Assembly: GCA_044892525.1 (NCBI GenBank)
Contig: CM097885.1
Location: forward strand, 45,262,001 to 45,326,000
Reading direction: 5' to 3'
From: Schmidtea polychroa
Taxonomy: Eukaryota
Length of the DNA stretch: 64,000 nt
Below are positions 1 to 9,714 of the stretch, one piece after another (position 1 is the first letter of the stretch; each line of letters opens with the position of its first letter). Position numbers and translations under genes: made by a program. The notes beneath the pieces were generated by a model, which worked only from the letters and a program-made list of their open reading frames with translations, was not told the origin of the DNA and did not search any database.

Positions 1-349
1 TCGCTAATTGAATCATTTTCTAAAATGAAAAATTATTTTAATAAACTGAAAAATAATAAAATTTACTTTTTTCTTTGATAACTGAGGCATAATTGACATT
101 ATTAGGGGCATCAGTTTGCCCAATAAATACGACATCATCGTCAATAATTGAATCATTTTCTAAAATATAAAATTAATTTAATAAAAATTAAAATAATAAA
201 TTTACCAAAGATCTTATCGACATTTAAGATCGACTCATTCTCTGTCACTTCGTACCAGTCGAATACATCTAAAAGAATAAAATAAAATAAAATAAAATAT
301 AATAAATTAAATTACCAGTCGTCAAAACGCGATTATTGTTGTTTTGCAT
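1..349 (-). CDS. Multi-exon small acidic protein (WYEVTE family), runs off the window
   Basis: Exons 349-316, 268-206, 159-67, 19-<1, joined by phase-1 GT-AG introns of 47, 46 and 47 nt, give MQNNNNRVLTTDVFDWYEVTENESILNVDKIFENDSIIDDDVVFIGQ... Homologous to 45265..45760. Confidence 0.7.
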
Positions 350-698
350 TGGTAAATTGTTATAGAAATCGAATTTTTAAAATTTTAAAATAATTGTGAC
401 AAATTTTAGATTTGTCAATGTTTATAAAGAGAATGATTATTTTCCTGTTCCAGTCAATGAGAATATAGACACACATACACCCATATACACTGAATATTTT
501 ACTCTCTGAACCAATCACACGCATGCACGTATGTAATGTAAATCACTCAGAAATTACTTGTGACTGCCTTTGTTAGTCATGCCTTTGTTAACTTGCACTG
601 TGCATGCTTCAGTCATATGTTGTCTTTATGTTGAATTAATAATATTTATGTGAATAATAATAAAATTAATTAAAAATAATAATATTTTTCAAAATAAT

Positions 699-771
<73 letters not shown>

Positions 772-851
772 TTAATAATAATAATCACAACAACAACAAA
801 GGAAAGGATACATTTATTAAACATCAAATTTTTTTAAACATCCATTTTTCT

Positions 852-1160
852 TTAAACATCAAATTTTTTGTACAATAACCAAGCTAAACAATGTTGACCA
901 CATGTTTGGGTCAATGGATTTTGAAACATAGTTTTATTATACACAATAGGTTTCCCCATTGTTTGTAGTTTTGATATCAACAAAGCCGGGTAATAAAAAC
1001 CCATTGGATCGAACACGAATATATTACCAGGTTTCATATATATAGCTATCCAATGTTCTCCACCAAGATGAGACGATTGAGTATTGACGATTATTGCTTG
1101 ATTATTGCTCAAATATGGAATTTTATCAAGAGGAAAAACTCCAACAAATTCATTTCCCAA
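852..1160 (-). CDS. Adenain-like cysteine (maturation) protease; true start uncertain
   Basis: Motifs FVGVFP, IVNT...GEHW, FDPMG, Q...CGQHC give the His-Asp-Gln-Cys arrangement. The frame stays open a little upstream of the TTG start (SSSVQVNKIGKQI). Confidence 0.88.
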   Translation of the reverse strand: MGNEFVGVFPLDKIPYLSNNQAIIVNTQSSHLGGEHWIAIYMKPGNIFVFDPMGFYYPALLISKLQTMGKPIVYNKTMFQNPLTQTCGQHCLAWLLYKKFDV

Positions 1161-1262
1161 TATCTGTTTTCCGATTTTATTGACCTGAACAGAACTACTT
1201 TAATAAATCCTGAGTATAAAAACAACTTACTCCATGACAACTTTTTGTGTTTCAATATACAT

Positions 1263-2486
1263 TTATACCAATAAGGTTCTATTTGCAGTAATTTGAACTT
1301 TATTTTCAAATACTCCATATATTATAACATGTACCGGTTCAGTAATGGCTTTTGCAAACTTTATATCCAGTCGTAAATTTCCATTTTGTGGTAATTGACT
1401 CTGATTTAAATCAAAATCGGGGGCTAAAACAAATGTAAAAAATGGGTATTTGCTTTTAAAATCTTCAAGAGTTATTCCGCAATTCAAATTTTTATCTAAA
1501 TAACCCAGATTTCTAACAATACTCTGCATATATGTTGCACAGAAATTGTCATTTTCGAAATCTTGAATATATGTTTCTCTATAATCAGTATTTTTCGACA
1601 AAGTCAATGATGTAACACCAAAGTTTTTGAAAATTGAGCTGGACGCAGTATATGATCCATTATATTGTGTTTCACTTTGAAATGTTATCAGAATAAAATT
1701 AGGCATTCTTCTATCACCAAATATTTGTTCTTTATAGAATGATGAAGCACCTTTAGCAATAGCGAATTGTACAATTTCCTTTGTTTTTAATGGATAAATT
1801 GCATGTTTTGAATTAAGACCTAATTGATGACCAGCTAATACTGAGGGGTCTACTCGAACTCTTCTCACCAATAATTTTGCATCAACTAATTGACATATTG
1901 GTGCACCAGTTGCACTAGTAAGAGATAATGCAGAATCAGACCTTTTCAGTCTAATATGTACATTAACTCCCGGTAGTAAATATTTCGGTTGATCCATAAA
2001 ATCAAGTTGTAATGATGAGCACATGGTGAATATTTTTGAGCCTTTAACCCACTTTTTTCTTTCATCATCTGCTGCTGCATAACCCATAGGAGTAAGGCAT
2101 GTATTTTTAGTATCGGAATTGTAATTTAAAATAGTTTCTATTAATGCCTTGTGAATGAATGTATTATTTCCACCATCAATCTTGATATTATTAAATCCCA
2201 ACACTGCATCTTTAAAAAGAGTTTGAAACATGAAATTGTTCGGTATTACATCTGCATTGGCATCCAAAACTTTTCTATCTTTATCTAGAACCTTGATCTG
2301 AACAGTCAATAAAGTATCGTTCAAATCTAAATATTCAGTTTGCGAACCATTAATATAAAACTCGATATCATTTCTACTATCAGTAATTGAATTCATAGGA
2401 AAAACTTCCTCAAACGCCCCAAATTCAATTACCGCTTGAGGCGATGGTCTATCAAATATACATAATTCAGATTTACCACAAATCAT
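1263..2486 (-). CDS. Polinton major capsid protein (double jelly-roll, PY/hexon-like)
   Basis: KSELCIF start, EYLDLNDTLL, QPKYLLPGV, GNLRLDIKF motifs typical of Polinton PY; 407 aa; gene context. Confidence 0.87.
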   Translation of the reverse strand: MICGKSELCIFDRPSPQAVIEFGAFEEVFPMNSITDSRNDIEFYINGSQTEYLDLNDTLLTVQIKVLDKDRKVLDANADVIPNNFMFQTLFKDAVLGFNNIKIDGGNNTFIHKALIETILNYNSDTKNTCLTPMGYAAADDERKKWVKGSKIFTMCSSLQLDFMDQPKYLLPGVNVHIRLKRSDSALSLTSATGAPICQLVDAKLLVRRVRVDPSVLAGHQLGLNSKHAIYPLKTKEIVQFAIAKGASSFYKEQIFGDRRMPNFILITFQSETQYNGSYTASSSIFKNFGVTSLTLSKNTDYRETYIQDFENDNFCATYMQSIVRNLGYLDKNLNCGITLEDFKSKYPFFTFVLAPDFDLNQSQLPQNGNLRLDIKFAKAITEPVHVIIYGVFENKVQITANRTLLV

Positions 2487-2839
2487 TTTGCAAATATAGT
2501 TCCATGTCCTTTCATTCGTTTGTTTATACGTGATATTCCATGTCTTTTACGTTTTGGAGCTGGAGATTTTTCTTTTTGAAACATACCAGCAACCCCGGGT
2601 AAAACTTTACCTAATTCAGCTAAAGCATTAGTTTTTAGAGATGGTAATATTTTCTGTTCATTCATAATAACATCTTTTGCAGTTTTCATACCAAAACTAC
2701 CAATACGTTTAAGAATAGGCAATGCAAATCTACCAATTGTTCTCAACCATCCTGATCCGTACTGTTTACCAATAAAATATGGTAATTCACCGCCAGATTG
2801 GCTACCACTATACATACTAATAATATCAGAATTAGCCAT
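2483..2839 (-). CDS. Small basic virion protein, pVI-like (amphipathic helix after a QxGxG site)
   Basis: QSGG and QYGSG followed by WLRTIGRFALPILKRIG; basic C-terminus PKRKRH...MKGHG; lies between penton and MCP. Confidence 0.6.
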   Translation of the reverse strand: MANSDIISMYSGSQSGGELPYFIGKQYGSGWLRTIGRFALPILKRIGSFGMKTAKDVIMNEQKILPSLKTNALAELGKVLPGVAGMFQKEKSPAPKRKRHGISRINKRMKGHGTIFAK

Positions 2840-3893
2840 CTACTTTACGAAAATGTAATCTTAAATGAGTTTTTGAACCTTTTGGAAAGTTTATAAGTTT
2901 TCCACTATCATCACGAATATTTATTTCTATATTGTTTATACATGAACTTGCTATTGGTAAATACATGGGATTATCGATATTTATATTGACAACTTCATCA
3001 TGTTCATATTTTCCAATCCATACCGATTTCAAAAGAGGAACACTTGAATCACCAACAATTATGGGTTTGATAATGTTAGTATATATGAACATTTGTTGAT
3101 GATGTTCTGGTATTCTTGGTTTGCGTATACCAGCCGATTTTTCTCGATATTTTTGCTTATCTAATCCAAGTGTATTTGTCAAATTTTTATCAAATGTAAC
3201 TTCGCAAATGTCATCATTCAAACTGAAGGTAAACATCAAATCTTTCACAATGTCCAAACTTTTAAATATGTGTGAACAATTGTACTTTAAATATTTAAGT
3301 AACACATCGAGTTTATCAAAATATAATTCATCAGCAAAGGTGAATGATTCTTCAACTTCATACGACACTGATATTTTAATTTCTTCTCTCATTACACTGT
3401 TTGCTTCAAATAGATCAAAGCGTAATAAATATTCTGTTTCCATAACTTCATTTTTTAACTTATTGCAACCCATTCGTTTGGCATCTTCAATAGTTTCGAA
3501 TGTTATTGTAAATGGTTTAAAATCACAACTGATATTTAATCCTTCCTTGTAAAACATATAGCAATTCGAATCTAATATTTGATTCGGAATATGATATGTT
3601 TTATCATAATTACTGATAATAAAGATACCACTACATGTTTTCATAGCATTCCTTTTGAAATCAACCTTACATTGACTATAAAATGGGAATGTATTGTACA
3701 CGAATGTAAAATCTTGCAGTGCAACTTCCCAGTCACCATTTAAAGAAATCGGATTCTGGAGATTGACCATAAATTTACTGGCTTGATTGTCTGGATGAAT
3801 TAATGGGCAACTATTGCTCGGTAAAATAGTATAAAAATTCACTTTACTAGGTCTTTTGCTGATATCCATGACGGGTTTTGATAACCATGCCAT
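2832..3893 (-). CDS. Polinton minor capsid protein (penton/PX)
   Basis: FYTILPSNS...DNQASKF...WEVAL at the N-terminus; MFIYTNII...VGDSSVPLL...IEINIRD...LHFRK at the C-terminus. Confidence 0.85.
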   Translation of the reverse strand: MAWLSKPVMDISKRPSKVNFYTILPSNSCPLIHPDNQASKFMVNLQNPISLNGDWEVALQDFTFVYNTFPFYSQCKVDFKRNAMKTCSGIFIISNYDKTYHIPNQILDSNCYMFYKEGLNISCDFKPFTITFETIEDAKRMGCNKLKNEVMETEYLLRFDLFEANSVMREEIKISVSYEVEESFTFADELYFDKLDVLLKYLKYNCSHIFKSLDIVKDLMFTFSLNDDICEVTFDKNLTNTLGLDKQKYREKSAGIRKPRIPEHHQQMFIYTNIIKPIIVGDSSVPLLKSVWIGKYEHDEVVNINIDNPMYLPIASSCINNIEINIRDDSGKLINFPKGSKTHLRLHFRKVDG

Positions 3894-4486
3894 TCGACAT
3901 AGTATTGTTTATCCTTGCCGACCTTTGTAGTTTTCAATATTTTTTGAATTCTAAATAATTTTGGAGGAGGAATGACTTGTAATTCCTGCTCATAAAATTT
4001 TCCTTGTACCATATTATTATCACTGTCTTTGATGACATACATTACAGGATTCTGTTTAGTATTTATTTTTGAAATTACAAAGACTTCATCACTCAAATTT
4101 GTATCAAAATTTTTAATAAATGGTGATGCACTAATTTTACTAATTCTAACATGATCACCGACTTTATATTTAGGTTTTGCAATTTTTACAGATTTCTTAG
4201 AATAGAATGTTTTTGATGTAATATCAACCGGTCTCAATCCATTAAGTCCTCGATGTGATGAATGATTATAACTTGTTATTATTTTCGGTAAAGCATTTAC
4301 CCATTTTTTATTACCTTGATGCACGAACAATTTCTTTAATCTATCTCTCAATGTTCGATTAAATCTTTCAACATGGGCAGCTTTGTATTAAGAATGTACC
4401 GAGTAGTGATTTATTTTCAGTTTATCGAGGATTTGCTTAACTTTGCTATTGTAGAATTCTTTACCTAAAATAATAATAATAATAAT

Positions 4487-4545
<59 letters not shown>

Positions 4546-4934
4546 CCCAAATCTGTTTGCAAGTTATTAGGATGTCCATCTTTAAATAAAATATTAATTG
4601 CCTTGGACATTTCATCTGCAGATTTTGCCTTGACTGGTATTGCTCGTGCAAACCTGCTGAATACATTAATACATGTTAAAATATATTTATTCCCACTGAT
4701 AATTTTCGAATACGGTATCATCTCCATCAAATCCATTTGCCATAAATCGTCAATACCAAATGTTTTATAGGCTCTTGTTGGAAATCTTTTCCGCATTGGT
4801 TTGTTCAAACTGTACGCAAGCTGATCTGATAACCACTTCTGGGTTTCTTTTTTCGAATTCGGAACTCTTTTGTTTAATTTTGCCACTCCACCGAAACCGG
4901 CTTCGTCTTCTGGGTTCGTCCAAATCTTCTCCAT
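3839..4934 (-). pseudogene. Retroviral-like (rve) integrase with C-terminal chromodomain; one intron (4465..4546) and one premature TAA (4388..4390)
   Basis: WQMDLMEM...LQTDL-G|intron|-KEFY...HYSVHS*YKAAHVERFNRTL restores D,D,E. C-terminal YYVEWHGY..PSW is chromodomain-like. Likely start MEKIWTNP at 4934. Confidence 0.88.
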
Positions 4935-4992
4935 TACAGCAAGAAGATTTAAAATTAAATTTAATGTCGGGCAATGAAGGATTAGCACCCAT
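4765..4992 (-). CDS. Small putatively myristoylated protein overlapping the integrase 5' end
   Basis: Starts MGANPS (MGxxxS) 3 nt after the upstream stop; has a CC pair and a basic RRRSRFR stretch. Confidence 0.4.
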   Translation of the reverse strand: MGANPSLPDIKFNFKSSCCNGEDLDEPRRRSRFRWSGKIKQKSSEFEKRNPEVVIRSACVQFEQTNAEKISNKSL

Positions 4993-4995
4993 TGT

Positions 4996-5523
4996 TTATG
5001 ACTGTGTAACTCCACCTAATAATGATAATGCTAGAGGTATCAATGCCCCAATAAATCCACCTTGTTGTTTATATATAATTTTCCTCATTTGCTTACGATT
5101 TTTATTATTTACTAATGATAATAAAGGTTTCCTATGTTTGCTCAATAAATGCTTTTTTGATTTACTGATTTTAATCTTGCCTTTGACTACTTTAAGTATA
5201 ATATTGAGTAAATCATCGACAACAAAATTTGGGAATGATTGCAATATATTCATTCTTTTCATACTCGGGGCCTTTAACAATGCATTAAAAAATGGAAAAC
5301 TGCGATGATTTTTAACTACTTTTTTACCGGCTTTACGGGTTTTACGGGTTTCACGTTTAGGTTTAGGATTTTTCGAAATAAGATTCATTGCAGAGAAATT
5401 TTCAGTTACAAGTTTTTTAGATGGTGTATAACTAGTTGTTGGTGGAACCTTTGGAACTTTAATACTCTTTCTAATACTTTTTCTTAATTTCCTAATATTT
5501 TTCAACCTTGCTTTTAGAAACAT
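4996..5523 (-). CDS. Lys/Arg-rich core protein, adenovirus pX(mu)/pVII-like
   Basis: Highly basic; ends QQGG-FIGALIPLALSLLGG, resembling the xxGG-hydrophobic C-terminus of adenovirus pX. Confidence 0.65.
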   Translation of the reverse strand: MFLKARLKNIRKLRKSIRKSIKVPKVPPTTSYTPSKKLVTENFSAMNLISKNPKPKRETRKTRKAGKKVVKNHRSFPFFNALLKAPSMKRMNILQSFPNFVVDDLLNIILKVVKGKIKISKSKKHLLSKHRKPLLSLVNNKNRKQMRKIIYKQQGGFIGALIPLALSLLGGVTQS

Positions 5524-5541
5524 TATTATTCATAGAGGTTT

Positions 5542-6168
5542 TCAATTTTGTTTATAAACTATGGCACCTTTTGGGTTGAAAATATCTGTTTTTACTCGTA
5601 AATCATCGGGACATTGTTGTGTGAAATCAAGAAATATATACCCATGAGGTATTTTTGTAGCATCTTGAAATGCACTGATAAGAAAATTACGATTGTTAGG
5701 GTATGCTTGACGTGCAAGAAAATCAATCACTGTTGCATCTCTAGGGTTCTTGAAAATAACTAAATATTGTACATTTAAATTACGTGTTCGATGTGCACCA
5801 CCTTGATGAAATAGATTTTGTGTTATGAAATTAACTGTTACACCGACATGTCTGCTGATCTTTGTAAATAAATTATTAAAATCTTTTTCTTTATTAGCTT
5901 CTTGGTACAAATCATCGATAATGATGACATCACCTTTCTTTAATCGGCTGGACCAGTTTTTATCGAATCCCTTTACTATTTTCATGTTTTTTAATTTACA
6001 GAAACTTGATTGAGTTAATCCATGTTCTTCATCAGCACCCCTATGCCAATAAATCCTGTTGAATTTTGTTTTGAATAAATTTGATTTTAGTAATTTGCAA
6101 ACAAATAATGTTTTTCCACTACCACTCGGACCAACGATTTGGTATACTGCATCATTTCTTAATTCCAT
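5542..6168 (-). CDS. A32/FtsK-like genome packaging ATPase (ORF extends to 6258; MELRND start preferred)
   Basis: Walker A IVGPSGSGKT, Walker B VIIIDD, SRH arginine finger and ITQNLF. Confidence 0.9.
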   Translation of the reverse strand: MELRNDAVYQIVGPSGSGKTLFVCKLLKSNLFKTKFNRIYWHRGADEEHGLTQSSFCKLKNMKIVKGFDKNWSSRLKKGDVIIIDDLYQEANKEKDFNNLFTKISRHVGVTVNFITQNLFHQGGAHRTRNLNVQYLVIFKNPRDATVIDFLARQAYPNNRNFLISAFQDATKIPHGYIFLDFTQQCPDDLRVKTDIFNPKGAIVYKQN

Positions 6169-6271
6169 TTCAAAAATTAAATAAATATATAAGTATTTGT
6201 TTATATTCGATGATTTAATGAACTCGTGCTCAATTTGTATATAAAGACTAATTTTCATAAATGATTGAATA

Positions 6272-6709
6272 ATGTTAGCAAATATAAATTATCGAGGAAA
6301 TTTTGATGTATCGAATATGAGGTTCCCATCAGGAAAACCCCAGCAAATTATTGATAGAAGCTGGAAATACCCGATAATATTTTTCAAGACAGGTAAATGT
6401 AGAATCATGGGATGTAAGAAACCTTTGGATATTAATAAATTACAATACCGAATAAATAATATTATAATCCAATCAATTACCGTAACTATGGATATGGGAC
6501 ATAGAATCAATCTATATAACATATCGAAAAAATGTGATTGTATGTTTGAACCGGAATTGTTTACCGCACTAAGACTAATAAAATATAACCCTATATGTGT
6601 CAACGTGTTTGCTAGTGGAAAGGTTGTCATGCTGGGGTTGAGAAATTTGGAGAATAGGGAATTTGTTGACAATGTTCGAAATGAGATAATTTCATTGGTC
6701 AATTTCTAA
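6272..6709 (+). CDS. Divergent TATA-binding protein (TBP) homolog, core only
   Basis: Two TBP-like repeats: IIFFKTGKCRIMGCK and MFEPELFTAL...P.CVNVFASGKVVMLG (cellular repeat 2: YEPELFPGL...IFVSGKVVLTG). Confidence 0.8.
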   Translation: MLANINYRGNFDVSNMRFPSGKPQQIIDRSWKYPIIFFKTGKCRIMGCKKPLDINKLQYRINNIIIQSITVTMDMGHRINLYNISKKCDCMFEPELFTALRLIKYNPICVNVFASGKVVMLGLRNLENREFVDNVRNEIISLVNF

Positions 6710-6784
6710 TTGGTTAATTTCTAATTGGTTAATGTTTGTTTTAAATAATATGTTTTCTGTTTAGAAATCATTTATTCAACAAAA

Positions 6785-6863
6785 ATGTACAACATACAAA
6801 GTTCCGCAATCACCTCAATGAAAGAGCATGCAAATTATGGTAATTTCAAATTTTTATTATTAC

Positions 6864-6900
<37 letters not shown>

Positions 6901-7213
6901 TACAGATCAATATCAATCAATTATCCTGCAAAGATTATGCTTCTATTATCCAGAATTAAATGAAATTCTACAAGATAGAGATCCAGCTATCATTCCGGAT
7001 TTGGTATACAACCAAACACGAATCTGGATATTCGATATAATAAACACCTTTCTATGGGATGTCAAGATAGGGAGGGTGATGAAAGAAATGAAACCAGAGG
7101 ATCCTTGCATTTTCGGATGTAGCTGCTGCAATTTCCGTTATCAACAATATGTTGAATGGTGTTTGGTGAAGACTCTGAGAAATCACCACTCGAGTCAGAT
7201 TGTATCAAAATAA
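6785..7213 (+). CDS. Two-exon hypothetical protein (~120 aa) with a CxxxCxCC cluster
   Basis: ATG 6785; phase-1 intron 6840..6905 (GTAATT...(TA)n...TACAG) joins in frame with ORF 7001..7213. Confidence 0.55.
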
Positions 7214-7560
7214 ATTTTTATGTTGAATTGTTTTGTTTTTGTAAATATAAATAATAGAAATAGAAATAATAATAGTAATAGTAATAATAGTAATAATATT
7301 AGAAATATAAATAATAATAGTAATAATAATATTAGAAATAATAATAAAAACAATATTTATAATAAAATCATTAATGCAACATTAATGCAAATGACATGCA
7401 ATTTAAACAAAGGCATGCTATAATCTGATTGGTTGATAGGCATGAGTCAAAGGTATAAAAACCCTGTAACATTTCATTTTAATCATAATTCACGACGACA
7501 AAGAAAATTTCAAGCACTGAAAAGCCAAAAGTTGTTCCAGAACTTGTACAACCTGTTCAA

Positions 7561-7914
7561 ATGTTCCACAACTATAAAATGTATTTTTTAAAAGAAGAAT
7601 TTAATATGAAATTGGTGTCACCGATCAAGCTAATTCCTACCCAATTTCAATTTTTATCCGGCACGCTTTCAATGATGGATGTTAAATCTATTGATGAGGT
7701 TTTCAAACGGTTGAATACGAATCTATCTTGTAATCAACATGCATTTTTCAACAACCGATATGCAAGATTTTATGATTCCTTTGATGAAATCAGCTTCAAA
7801 GAAAACGAAAATTGGTATATAACAATTGCAATCCAAGGATATAAAGTTGATAATAATGATGTGTATTCCCCTATTTGGAAAATTATGTCTGCTAGACTAT
7901 CACAACTATTTTAA
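7561..7914 (+). CDS. Hypothetical protein, possibly OB-fold ssDNA-binding
   Basis: 117 aa ORF preceded by an ATTGG box and TATAAAA (7454) and followed by AATAAA. Beta-rich C-terminus (WYITIAIQG...SPIWKI); fold is a guess. Confidence 0.5.
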   Translation: MFHNYKMYFLKEEFNMKLVSPIKLIPTQFQFLSGTLSMMDVKSIDEVFKRLNTNLSCNQHAFFNNRYARFYDSFDEISFKENENWYITIAIQGYKVDNNDVYSPIWKIMSARLSQLF

Positions 7915-8046
7915 TGTTATATTTAATAAATGTATTAGTCATATTTGTTTTTCTCTTTATTAATTGCAACATTAATGCAAATGACATGCAAATTTAACAA
8001 AGAAAATCTATAAACAAACTTATAATATAGTTTTAAAGTGTTAATA

Positions 8047-8396
8047 ATGACTACAGAAAAAGGTTAACATGATTAATTAATTTCCAAATTATTTATTATT
8101 TAGAATTTGTAATCAACTTTTTGTTGGCAAAATTAACAGAAATAGCTGGGGTAAAAATTGAGGATATATTATCTGTTACAAACGCATTAAATATCGGTTG
8201 GGTAGTTGAGAGTCGAGATTCGGGATTTGATGATCAGGAAGAAACTCAAGAAACTGATACTCAAGAAATTGATGACGAAATCTATGAACCTATAGATGAA
8301 CCTAAAGATAATATTACGAATGATTGTGTAGATCATGTCGTTGAAAATGTAATGAAATGTGGAGATGATGATTGCGAATGTGTTAATAAATTTTAA
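8047..8396 (+). CDS. Two-exon acidic protein with DSGFDD motif and Cys-rich tail
   Basis: ATG 8047; 41-nt phase-1 intron 8063..8103 joins in frame to ORF 8121..8396; TATAAA at 8009. Confidence 0.55.
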
Positions 8397-8440
8397 AATT
8401 GAATTATTTTCATTTAAAAATACTATTAAAAACAATAACA

Positions 8441-8964
8441 TTAATTTTTATTCATATATCTACAAAAAATATACACTATAACAACTCCAGTTGTAAGTTT
8501 TATATAGTTTTTCATTTTTCTTTTGATCTCATCAGTTTCTTTAGCATTGCAGGCCAGTTTATTTAATACACCCCATCCGCCATTGGCTTCTATCCATGGG
8601 GTAAACTTGGACTTGATTATCTAGAAAATAAATATTATTAAAATATAGATTATAAAAGAAATCTTACTTCTAAAGACCACTGATAATAATGTTCTGAGTC
8701 ATGTTGACCTCTTGCAATGATTGTCTTCATGTAGGTGAATCCTACAATTATCCTTGTCCATTTCATGTCTTCATCGAAAAGACACTGAAATATTCTATTG
8801 AAGTAATACTTCTTGGTTTCCAGGGATTCCATCTCCATCATCTGCTGATAATCGATATGTTCACCTTCAATGATTTGTTCGGTTCGATTGACCAGGAGAT
8901 TGAGGCTGTCGACTATATTCGCAGTGATAATCCCGTTTAGAACATTTTCAATAAATTGAGACAT
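8441..8964 (-). CDS. Bcl-2 family protein (158 aa, two exons) with C-terminal tail anchor
   Basis: Exon 1 8964-8668 has BH1-like LFDEDMKWTRIIVGF. A 47-nt GTAAGA..TTCTAG intron (8621..8667) precedes exon 2 with BH2 FTPWIEANGGW and tail KLTTGVVIVYIFCRYMNKN*. Confidence 0.85.
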
Positions 8965-9118
8965 TTTTACAATAATTTTTAATATACTGCTCTATTTATA
9001 TTACTACTACTGGAATATCATATGATCTGATTGGTTGATAGATTATAAAAATAGGAGTTTTGATTTGATACAACATGAATACAATATTTCTATTGGTATA
9101 ATGAGTGTGTGCTAAAAC

Positions 9119-9201
<83 letters not shown>

Positions 9202-9655
9202 TTAATATAATAATGTTAATAATACATGGCTCATTCGAAAGGTCTTGGATTGGGCTTTAAAATGAACTATCGTTGAACAATTTTCGTTGGCGGGAACTCT
9301 GTAAATTTAAATTTTAAAATATGACCTTGAGAAAAAAATGACCTTGAAAAATAAATGACCTTGAAAATAATAATATTTTGAAAAATAATAATATAGTCAA
9401 ATGACCGTGAAAATGATCTCGGGAAAACGTTAATAACTATACCAATAATAATGATGATAATAATATTTATATATCAATAGATAGATCTTGCACTGGGCTT
9501 TAAAATGAGCTATCGATCGATGAAATAAAATGATGGGAACGAATAAGATTCTTTATTAAAATTTGTGATAATTTGACTGATTCAATTTGATGAGTTATTG
9601 TTAATTCGTTTTATTATATATACTCTGAGTTTATCCGACAACATATTTACTGCTT

Positions 9656-9714
9656 GTAAGGGTATTGGTCGTAAGGGTACTGGTCGTAAGGGTACTGGTC
9701 GTAAGGGTACTGGT
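9656..9714 (+). repeat. 15-bp tandem repeat (GTAAGGGTACTGGTC) x4
   Basis: Units start at 9656, 9671, 9686 and 9701. Confidence 0.9.

Noticed and set aside
3121..6702. Antisense/shadow ORFs (1053, 3121, 4760, 5305, 5825, 6289 and those within pPolB, gag, KLC and hAT)
   Set aside because: They overlap well-supported genes and show no motifs.
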